From Clostridia bacterium (GTDB taxonomy: Bacteria > Bacillota > Clostridia > Christensenellales > CAG-138), in the NCBI GenBank assembly GCA_017395105.1, contig JAFPWD010000004.1:21143-85142 (forward strand): 64,000 nucleotides of DNA, read 5' to 3'. A program made the translations under genes and the position numbers. Positions 21,401 through 27,790 of the stretch are shown piece by piece; positions within the stretch are counted from its first letter, which is position 1; each line of letters starts with the position of its first letter. The notes beneath the pieces were generated by a model that ran no database searches, had not been told where the DNA came from, and saw only the letters and a list, made by a program, of their open reading frames with translations.

Positions 21401-21899
21401 AACGGACGGAAGCGCCGTTCGCGTTGGCGGCATAATCGCCTCGGTCAAAACAAGACCCATCAAGAACGGCTCGGGCGTTATGGCAACGGGCGTTCTTGAG
21501 GATATGAACGGAACTGTCGAATTTCTCGCGTTCCCGACCGTCTATCAAAAATGCGCTCAGCTTCTTTTGAAGGATAAGCGTGTGATTCTGACAGGCCGCC
21601 TCTCTATGCGCGAGGACAAGCCGAACACCGTGATGGTGGACGATGCCGTGCCGCTTATTAAGCTCGATACGCGCAGGCTTGCGCTGAACTTCACCGCCGA
21701 GACCGAGCCGCTTAAAAAGCGCGTTATCGAAGCGCTGCGCCGCTTCCCGGGCAATATGGAGGTCGTGTTCGCAAACTCCGTAACCAGAAAGCAGGAGCTT
21801 GCTCCGAGGGAGCTATCCGTGCATAATTCCGCCGATCTTATGATGGAGCTCAAAGCTCTTCTCGGTGCTGAAAATGTTAAACTGATTGCAAGAAAATAA
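18465..21899 (+). CDS. dnaE: DNA polymerase III alpha subunit
   Basis: PHP domain FTHLHVHTEYSLLDGA, polymerase core (PDFDVDF, GLLKMDFLGLRTL) and a C-terminal OB fold. ATG 18465 follows GGAGA; the track start 18450 is a TTG. Confidence 0.95.
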   Translation: MSFTHLHVHTEYSLLDGAARISELVERVKELGMSSAAITDHGNMYGVIEFYKKCTASGIKPIIGMEAYVAPKTIADKTGMRENAHLILLCKNETGYKNLIKLSSIAFVDGFYYRPRIDYDLLEQHSEGLICLSACLAGDIPSHLLLNQYDEAKALALRLKRVFGDDFYIELQNHGIPEQLVVLPRLAKLAEELGIKTVATNDVHYVKKEDAEAQDVLLCVQTGRFVDEENRMRMQTEEFYVKSEAEMLERMHGYEQAVYNTAEVAEKCDLKIEFGKRHLPGFTAPDGMNNEEYIKKLCSEGMIRRYGEPSEEHWNRLNFELDVITKMGFVDYYLIVWDFIRFAKTNGIEVGPGRGSGAASIAAYTMGITDIDPIKYNLLFERFLNPERVSMPDFDVDFCYERRQEVIEYVKEKYGSDHVAQIVTFGTMAARGSVRDVGRVLRVPLNEVDRIAKLVPQTLGITLKAALESVPELKTLYDTDEQVHKLIDLSMKVEGLPRNTSTHAAGVVISSLPTMELVPLQRNDESITTQFTMTELEELGMLKMDFLGLRTLTVIRDCLDLISAKGETPPDFSNCQYDDKRVYDLISSGETVGVFQLESPGMTSFMMQMKPSCLEDVIAGISLYRPGPMDQIPRYIEGKQNASSVHYETELLRPILENTYGCMVYQEQVMQIVRDLAGYSLGRSDLVRRAMSKKKHDVMAKERQNFIYGIEENGVVTVDGALRRGVSKEAAESIFDEMMDFASYAFNKAHAACYAVVAYRTAFLKCLHPVEFMTALINSFITVQDTVASYIGYCKQRGIRLLPPDVNASLARFSVENGAIRFGLAAIKNVGEGVINEVLEQRQTGGAFRDFSDFVKRAGTINKRTLEWLIKAGCFDSFGVSRKYLMAHYELELASAGAERKRIEIGQFSLFDIQDSAAPKLELGAEAKSEFILSELLAMEHEATGVYISGHPLMEYEKELSELKQSCKMLNDAEENGPITDGSAVRVGGIIASVKTRPIKNGSGVMATGVLEDMNGTVEFLAFPTVYQKCAQLLLKDKRVILTGRLSMREDKPNTVMVDDAVPLIKLDTRRLALNFTAETEPLKKRVIEALRRFPGNMEVVFANSVTRKQELAPRELSVHNSADLMMELKALLGAENVKLIARK

Positions 21900-21901
21900 C
21901 C

Positions 21902-23293
21902 GTGTTGGAATATAAAAACGAAAACCGAATAATCGAACTTGAAATAACCTCCTACGGATCGGAAGGGCAGGGCGTTGGAAGGCTCGACGGGCTTGCCGTG
22001 TTCGTGAAGGGCGCGCTATTAGGCGAGCGCGTTCGGGCTCGGATCACCAAAACCGCTCCGCGCTTTGCCGAGGCAAGGCTTATCGAAGTGCTTGATAAAA
22101 GCCAAAACAGGCTTGAGCCCGCCTGCCCGAATTTCGATCGCTGCGGCGGCTGCGATCTTATGCACATGAACTACGCTCATCAGCTCGAATTCAAGCGAAT
22201 GAAGGTCGAAAACGCCTTTCGCCGCATAGGGAGCTTTGATAATATCGAGGTGCGCTCCTGTGCCGCCTCTGCGCAAACCCTTCGCTACCGCAATAAGGCG
22301 GTTTTCAGCTTCGCTCAGCAGGGCGCAAGGGTCATTTCCGGCACACTCGGCGAAAAGAGCCATTGGGTCATCGAAACCGCGGACTGCCTTTTGCAAAACG
22401 AAGCCTCGCTCAAGGCGCTTGAAACCGTAACGGAATGGGCAAACGATTTCGGCATCCCCGCCTATAACGAGAAAACGGGGAAGGGCGTGCTGCGCCATCT
22501 TGCGGTGCGCTCGACATGCACGGGCGAAATCATGGTTATTATCATCGCCGCCGCTCGATTAAAGAACGAAGCCGAGCTTGTTTCGCGCCTCGTTTCCGCC
22601 GTTTCGGGCATAAAGAGCATCGTTGTGAACCTCAACCGCGAAAGATCGAGCCTTATCATGGGCAGAAAAAGTGTTTTGCTTTGGGGCAAAGAAGCGATAA
22701 CAGAGCGCATACTCGGCATGGATTTCGCTGTCGCCGCCGAAAGCTTTTTGCAGATAAACCACGATCAGACTGAGCGGCTCTATTCCTTCGCAGTCAATTC
22801 GCTCGAGCTGAACAAAAACGATTCCGCCATTGACCTATACTGCGGCATAGGCACGTTATCCCTTCTTATGGCGAAAAGCGCCGGTAGCGTTACGGGCATA
22901 GAATATGTGCCTCGGGCAATAGAAAACGCGAAGAATAACGCCCAAGCAAACGGCATCAAAAACGCCGACTTCCATTGCGGCGCGGCGGAAAAGCTGCTGC
23001 CGGAGCTTGTAAAGAGCGGAAAGCGCGTTTCAAAACTGCTTCTCGATCCGCCCCGCGCTGGCGCGATGAAGCCCGCGCTCGATGCGATAATTAAATGCGC
23101 ACCCGAGCGCATCGCATACGTTTCCTGCGATCCCGCAACGCTTGCGCGCGACTGCAAGATCCTTGTAAATGAGGGCGGCTATGTGATAGAATGTATACAG
23201 CCGTTCGATATGTTTCCGCAGACGGAGCATGTGGAGTCAGTAGTATTGATGACGAGATCAATTGATTGTAAGTATGAAAACAATAGAAATTAA
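21902..23293 (+). CDS. rlmD: 23S rRNA (uracil-5-)-methyltransferase RlmD/RumA; last ~14 codons appear to be supplied by an inserted AT-rich element
   Basis: TRAM domain, Fe-S cysteines (CPNFDRCGGCDLMHM), SAM motif LLDPPRAG, YVSCDPATLARD and FDMFPQTEHVESVVLM. The composition changes abruptly after nt 23251. Confidence 0.9.
   Translation: MLEYKNENRIIELEITSYGSEGQGVGRLDGLAVFVKGALLGERVRARITKTAPRFAEARLIEVLDKSQNRLEPACPNFDRCGGCDLMHMNYAHQLEFKRMKVENAFRRIGSFDNIEVRSCAASAQTLRYRNKAVFSFAQQGARVISGTLGEKSHWVIETADCLLQNEASLKALETVTEWANDFGIPAYNEKTGKGVLRHLAVRSTCTGEIMVIIIAAARLKNEAELVSRLVSAVSGIKSIVVNLNRERSSLIMGRKSVLLWGKEAITERILGMDFAVAAESFLQINHDQTERLYSFAVNSLELNKNDSAIDLYCGIGTLSLLMAKSAGSVTGIEYVPRAIENAKNNAQANGIKNADFHCGAAEKLLPELVKSGKRVSKLLLDPPRAGAMKPALDAIIKCAPERIAYVSCDPATLARDCKILVNEGGYVIECIQPFDMFPQTEHVESVVLMTRSIDCKYENNRN
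23228..23251 (+). repeat. Direct repeat copy 1 (putative attL core) within the rlmD 3' end
   Basis: CATGTGGAGTCAGTAGTATTGATG. It matches 24198-24221 at 21 of 24 positions, and both flanking 9-mers are identical. Confidence 0.7.
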
Positions 23294-23322
23294 TACCAAA
23301 TATGATAGGAGAAAATACTATT

Positions 23323-24072
23323 ATGTATAATGAAAAGCTATCCGTTTTCTTGTCTCATTCTCATAAGGACGTTGAGAAAGTGAGAAGAATCAGAGATGTT
23401 CTTGAAACGCTTGATTGCGAACCAATTATTTTTTTCTTGAAGTGCCTTGACGATGACAATCCAAATCTTGAGGATTTTATAAAACAAGAGATAGCTGCAA
23501 GGAATGTTTTTTTATACTGCAAATCAAAAAACTCAGAAGAAAGCATTTGGGTTCAAAAGGAGATAGAATACATCAAGAGTTTGGATAAAAGTAGATTATA
23601 TACTGTCGATTTAGAGCAAGGATTTGCTATAAATCTGATTGAAGTGTTACAGTCCATTCTTTATCTTATCAATAGGAACACTGTGATAATCTGTTGTTCA
23701 GAACAAGATAAAGATCATTGTGAAAAAATAGCTCAAGCTCTCAATAAAATAGGATATGTAATAAATTTTTATCATCCTCAGCTAACAGGGATTCCTTCGA
23801 TGAAATCTCTTAAAGACTGGGAGTATACTAAACTTCATGATCAGTATGCTCACTATTTCGATACAGAAATAATTCCGCAAATGAAAAAAATAATGATGAA
23901 GGGAACGGTCCTTGTAATGGATAGTAAAACCCTATTTGATGGAGACTGGTCATCTTATATGATGGGAAAGTTTCTCAATTGGTGTAAAACGAATAATTAC
24001 AATGTTGTACACGCCACTCTTCAGTCAGACTTTACAGAAATTGTAAACGCCATCAATAAATTATCTATTTGA
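23323..24072 (+). CDS. Tandem TIR-domain protein (N-terminal TIR with candidate catalytic Glu; C-terminal degenerate TIR-like domain)
   Basis: VFLSHSHKDVEKVRRIRDVLETLDCEPIIFF...NVFLYCKSKNSEESIWVQKEIEYI fits the bacterial TIR pattern (FxSxSxxD ... S-x-W-x-x-E). The second half, TVIICCSEQDKDHCEKIAQALNKIGYVINFY..., repeats the beta-alpha layout without the Glu motif. ATG 23323 follows AGGAG; the track start is 23302. Confidence 0.7.
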   Translation: MYNEKLSVFLSHSHKDVEKVRRIRDVLETLDCEPIIFFLKCLDDDNPNLEDFIKQEIAARNVFLYCKSKNSEESIWVQKEIEYIKSLDKSRLYTVDLEQGFAINLIEVLQSILYLINRNTVIICCSEQDKDHCEKIAQALNKIGYVINFYHPQLTGIPSMKSLKDWEYTKLHDQYAHYFDTEIIPQMKKIMMKGTVLVMDSKTLFDGDWSSYMMGKFLNWCKTNNYNVVHATLQSDFTEIVNAINKLSI

Positions 24073-24090
24073 TGTTTAGGCTATATCTAC

Positions 24091-24164
24091 ATCTACGCTG
24101 TTGCCTCGACCGTTTTAGAAAGTGGAAACTAAGCCACGAGGGTGGATGAGTAATCAGCGTAGAT
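24091..24164. repeat. Nested inverted repeat / long hairpin downstream of the TIR gene
   Basis: ATCTACGCTG (24091-24100) pairs perfectly with CAGCGTAGAT (24155-24164). An inner pair is CCTCG (24104-24108) / CGAGG (24137-24141). A T-rich tract follows (ATTTTTATT). Confidence 0.6.
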
Positions 24165-24197
24165 AACGGCATTTTTATTCACGCCATTGTCCCAAGG

Positions 24198-24221
24198 CAT
24201 GTGGAGACACTGGTATTGATG
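24198..24221 (+). repeat. Direct repeat copy 2 (putative attR core); displaced rlmD-like C-terminal codons
   Basis: CATGTGGAGACACTGGTATTGATG. In frame it encodes HVETLVLM followed by SQA and a stop, mirroring HVESVVLM at the end of rlmD. Confidence 0.7.
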
Positions 24222-24271
24222 TCTCAAGCCTGAGTTGAGGCTACAGATCGGATATGTCTTGAGGAGAGAAA

Positions 24272-24643
24272 ATGAAAAGCATTATAGTAATACGAAAACG
24301 TTCTTTTGCTTCTGCACTTATGCCATATTGGATTGTGTTTTCCAAAATCCTTAAAACCGGTTTTTTACAATCACATGGATTTGTGGGAGACTTGTGTGAT
24401 CATGACAAATTTGGTCAGCCAATATCGAGAATTGAAGTCTCTGAACTCGATCAAATAGGAATACGTGTCAAAAATGGTCAGATTATGGAAGTTCCGGTTC
24501 CTGAAGATACTGTATCTGTTTTTGTTATTACTTTTGGCGGAAGCATATCAAATGAGTTGTTGATAGATGAAATAAACGACACTTTAACGATAACAACGAA
24601 GGGCGGCTTTAAGACCGTGAGTTATCCGCATATTGAGACTTGA
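24272..24643 (+). CDS. Hypothetical small protein (123 aa), AT-rich gene
   Basis: GAGGAGAGAA RBS 4 nt before the ATG. No recognised motifs; the alternating pattern looks beta-rich. Composition resembles the islet rather than the host. Confidence 0.6.
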   Translation: MKSIIVIRKRSFASALMPYWIVFSKILKTGFLQSHGFVGDLCDHDKFGQPISRIEVSELDQIGIRVKNGQIMEVPVPEDTVSVFVITFGGSISNELLIDEINDTLTITTKGGFKTVSYPHIET

Positions 24644-24656
24644 CACCAATATGTGA

Positions 24657-24764
24657 TCAACGGAAAGCGACTGCGAGCTTGATAATATTGATAGTTTGAG
24701 GTTTCACACGGCTTTGGGCTTTGAGGAAGCAAATCGGATCGTATGCTTTAGAAAGGAACTGTAG
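24657..24764 (+). pseudogene. Remnant of a GNAT-family acetyltransferase gene (C-terminal ~35 codons only)
   Basis: Translates to STESDCELDNIDSLRFHTALGFEEANRIVCFRKEL*. The N..S..F...LGF........F.K.L ending is a typical GNAT C-terminus. No upstream coding continuation: a stop lies at 24654-24656. Confidence 0.45.
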
Positions 24765-24901
24765 TTTTTATGAAGCATGAAATCATACTTTTGGAACAGA
24801 GGTTCAGCATTCTGCACCGCAAGTGACTGAATTATTGAAAGGGCAACGAAACATAAAGAACAAAACCTTGCGATAATATCGCATACGTCAAAGGAGGAAA
24901 T

Positions 24902-25558
24902 ATGAAATACGGAGATATAACGAACAATAAGGAAATTCAAAAGTATTATGAAAAGGGAAATGCCATACTTGCGGAGCTTGGGTATACCGATCATTCGGTT
25001 GCCCATACGACCATGGTGGCAAAGAAGGCCGCGGAGATACTCACCGCTTTCAACTATGATAAGCATGATATCGAGCTTGTGAAGATCGCGGGTTTTCTTC
25101 ACGACATCGGCAACGTTATAAACCGAAGCCATCATGCGGAGTACGGTGCGCTGCTTGCAAATGAGATCTTAAAGGAGGAGGACTTGTCCATCGCCGACCG
25201 TGTTCAGATCGTTTCCGCAATAGCGAATCACGATGAGTCCACCGGCGTGGTGTCCGATCCGATCACCGCTGCGCTCATCATCGCCGATAAAACGGACGTA
25301 AGAAGAACGAGAGTCAGGCGTAAGAACCCGATTCATTACGACATACACGACAGGGTAAATCACGCGGTAACGGAAACGAAGCTTGAGTGCATCCCCGAAG
25401 AGAAGCTCATAGTGCTTCACTTAACGATCGACGAAAGCTCATGCACCATGTATGAATACTTCGATATTTTCCTGTCGAGAATGACCATGTGCTCCCATGC
25501 GGCCAGATTTTTGGGCGCGGAGTTTTCCTTGAGGGTGAACGACCGAAAGGTGCTGTGA
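24902..25558 (+). CDS. HD-domain phosphohydrolase
   Basis: HSVAHTTMVAKKAAEIL...AGFLHDIGN...HHAEYGA...IANHDE (H...HD...H...D pattern). AAAGGAGGA RBS. Confidence 0.8.
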   Translation: MKYGDITNNKEIQKYYEKGNAILAELGYTDHSVAHTTMVAKKAAEILTAFNYDKHDIELVKIAGFLHDIGNVINRSHHAEYGALLANEILKEEDLSIADRVQIVSAIANHDESTGVVSDPITAALIIADKTDVRRTRVRRKNPIHYDIHDRVNHAVTETKLECIPEEKLIVLHLTIDESSCTMYEYFDIFLSRMTMCSHAARFLGAEFSLRVNDRKVL

Positions 25559-25600
25559 TTCCTGATTGGGAAAGAGCTCTTGCATCGGAGGATAACTCAA

Positions 25601-26062
25601 GTGAACAAATGGGATTCTTTACATGAACTTGCGCAAAAGCATCGCTTGGCTCTGACGACCGATAACGCCAAAGCGATACTGGCCGATCCGAAAACGGGAG
25701 AGCAAATTGAAGTTTTAGAGGAAAAATACTACCCGAAAAGAGATTCGATCACGGGCACGGAGGACGAAGCTTTCGTTGAATACATCGTTTATTTTTCCAC
25801 TTAACACGCGCATTTTGAGGATCTTGATGATGCGCTCGAGTATGTTGCGGCGATAATTGCGGACGAGGTGCTGCCCATCGAGTTCTATCTAAACGGAGAA
25901 GACTGCTTCGGCGGAGAAATAACACAAGCTGATTTTGAAGAGCTGTCGGACGAGCTGTTAGCTGCTGAATTCGGATATTTCGCTAAGGATCTTTCGCAAT
26001 TCGAATATGAGATCCATAGCTGGTCGGGACGGTATAATACCGAGCGCAGGCGAGTCGAATAA
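25601..26062 (+). pseudogene. Hypothetical gene interrupted by a single in-frame TAA (25802-25804); track ORFs 25580..25804 and 25868..26062 share one frame
   Basis: GGAGGA RBS, 8 nt, then GTG 25601. No other stop lies between 25805 and 25867 in the same frame. The second ORF has only a GTG start with no convincing RBS. The peptide reads continuously across the stop (IVYFST*HAHFEDLDDALEYV). Confidence 0.45.
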
Positions 26063-26105
26063 GGTTGAGCTCGATCAGCTCAAACGGTAAAAAAGGAGCA
26101 GACCT

Positions 26106-26474
26106 ATGGATGATTGGCGGTTAAACGGGCAGGAAAAGTATTTACAGGGTGTTACCTTGTATAAGATCGTATTTCCGCAGTTTTGGCTGAAAGCGGTTAC
26201 GGAAAGAAACTCATTTTACGAGATGATAGCTAATCGGGCACACCGTTTTGCCGAGCAGATGCAGCGTGGAGAAGAATATATCGAAGGCGATGAGATTCAG
26301 CACTTCTTTCATGAACATTGCGAGTTTTGCATGGAAAAAGTCACAATGGATAAAGAAGGCGAGTTTTACTGCACGACCGATATGCAGCATTGGGTATGCT
26401 CCGAATGCTTCAACGACTTTAAAGAGCGGTTTGGGTGGAATGTAGTACAGAATGAAGGAGAAAGCGGTGAATAA
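26106..26474 (+). CDS. Hypothetical cysteine-rich (zinc-ribbon-like) protein, 122 aa
   Basis: AAAGGAG RBS. HEHCEFC ... WVCSECF gives a four-Cys arrangement. Family not recognised by name. Confidence 0.65.
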   Translation: MDDWRLNGQEKYLQGVTLYKIVFPQFWLKAVTERNSFYEMIANRAHRFAEQMQRGEEYIEGDEIQHFFHEHCEFCMEKVTMDKEGEFYCTTDMQHWVCSECFNDFKERFGWNVVQNEGESGE

Positions 26475-26504
26475 AGCATATCGTTCCTGCTTAACAGTAG
26501 CAAC

Positions 26505-27191
26505 ATGATCGACATTTACGAATACATAAACAGCCTAATAACCGAGTGCCGCGCCGATTTCGGCGATAGGCTTGTTTACGTTGGCCTACAAGGCAGCTAT
26601 CTGCGCGGCGAGGCGAACGAAAACAGCGATATAGACATAATGTTTGTTCTCGATTCGCTTTCCGTGGCGGATATGGACAGATATCGCACCATACTTCTCA
26701 GGATAGGGCATTTTGAAAAATCCTGCGGCTTTATCTGCGGCAGGGATGAGCTGATGCGCTGGAATCCTTTGGAGGTATGCCAGCTCAAGCACACCACGAA
26801 GGATATTCTCGGATCGCTCGATGAGCTTCTGCCGCAGGCCGCGCGGCAAGATGAAGTGAACTACGTTAAATTCAGCCTCGGCAACCTTTACCACGAGCTC
26901 TGCCATCGCTATATCCATGCCGAGCGAAGCAAGAATGAGGCGAAGCTGCGGGGGAGCTGCAAGGCGCTGTACTTCCTGATACAGAATCTGCACTACCTTG
27001 AGAGCGGCGATTTCGTTCTTAAAAAGAGCGAGCTTATGGAGCGGGTCTCGGGTGCTGATCGCGAGATGCTTGCGATGGCTGAGCTTAAGGATGACTTTGA
27101 TTTCGACAAGGCGTTTTACTCCGTGTTTAATTGGTGTAAAAAGGCTTTCATTCGCATTGAATCAATCGAATGCAATCATACCGAAGATTAG
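26505..27191 (+). CDS. Nucleotidyltransferase-domain protein (Pol-beta superfamily; aminoglycoside/MNT-like fold)
   Basis: GLQGSYLRGEANENSDIDIMFVLD matches the G-S ... D-x-D NTase motif. A helical C-terminal half follows. Substrate unknown. Confidence 0.7.
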   Translation: MIDIYEYINSLITECRADFGDRLVYVGLQGSYLRGEANENSDIDIMFVLDSLSVADMDRYRTILLRIGHFEKSCGFICGRDELMRWNPLEVCQLKHTTKDILGSLDELLPQAARQDEVNYVKFSLGNLYHELCHRYIHAERSKNEAKLRGSCKALYFLIQNLHYLESGDFVLKKSELMERVSGADREMLAMAELKDDFDFDKAFYSVFNWCKKAFIRIESIECNHTED

Positions 27192-27202
27192 GAAATACAG
27201 AA

Positions 27203-27706
27203 ATGATTGATTTTATAAAATTCAGCAGCAAATATTTCGTTCGAAGCATGGATGAGCGGGATGCCGATCGCATACTCGCACTTTGCCGCGGCAATTCGCT
27301 GTTTTATGAATACGCGCAGGCGGAGCCCACTCTTGAGCAGGTGCTCGGCGATCTGCGCATAAGCCCGCCAGGCGTTGATATGCAGGATAAATACTATCTT
27401 GGCTTTTTCGATGGTAAAACGCTTGTTGCCGTTATGGATATTATAGACGGCTACCCTGAGCCTTCTATCGCGTTCATCGGCTTTTTTATGGTGGATGCGG
27501 CTCTTCAAGGGCGGGGGAATGGAAGCTTCATTATAATGGAAACGGAGGAATATCTGCGCTCGATCGGTAAAACCGCTATCCGCTTAGGCATCGATTCGGA
27601 CAATCCGCAGTCAAATGCATTTTGGAGAAAAAACGGATTTTTTACGATCGCCGAGGTCGATAATGAGGGGCATACGATACTTTTGGCCGAAAAAAGCTTT
27701 GATTGA
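27203..27706 (+). CDS. GNAT-family N-acetyltransferase
   Basis: FFMVDAALQGRGNGSFIIMETEEYL (acetyl-CoA Q/RxxGxG/A motif) and ...NAFWRKNGF. ATG 27203 follows AGGAAA, 11 nt after the stop of the preceding NTase gene (27191); the 27170 start given in the ORF track, which would overlap the NTase 3' end, is not the start used here. Confidence 0.8.
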   Translation: MIDFIKFSSKYFVRSMDERDADRILALCRGNSLFYEYAQAEPTLEQVLGDLRISPPGVDMQDKYYLGFFDGKTLVAVMDIIDGYPEPSIAFIGFFMVDAALQGRGNGSFIIMETEEYLRSIGKTAIRLGIDSDNPQSNAFWRKNGFFTIAEVDNEGHTILLAEKSFD

Positions 27707-27790
27707 CGGCGCAAATGTGCTATAATGCTATCGGACAGTACGGGTAAATGCAGAACCGATCAGTATGATTGCATTTTTAGGAGGTATAAA

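Larger units (their letters stand above)
23252..24221 (+). mobile_element. Putative integrated islet (~1 kb, AT-rich, no recombinase gene) in the rlmD 3' end
   Basis: Bounded by the 24-nt direct repeat. There is a sharp compositional drop relative to flanking DNA. It carries a single cargo gene (tandem TIR) plus a nested inverted repeat near its right end. Confidence 0.5.

Noticed and set aside
24869-24883. Palindrome TGCGAT-AAT-ATCGCA just upstream of the HD gene, as a possible operator or promoter
   Set aside because: It is short, has no matching -35 element at proper spacing, and sits only about 18 nt from the RBS. The evidence is too weak to call a regulatory site.
24704-25135. 143-aa minus-strand ORF spanning the GNAT remnant and the 5' part of the HD gene
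   Set aside because: It overlaps the well-supported HD-domain gene on the opposite strand, has no RBS, and crosses a compositional boundary.
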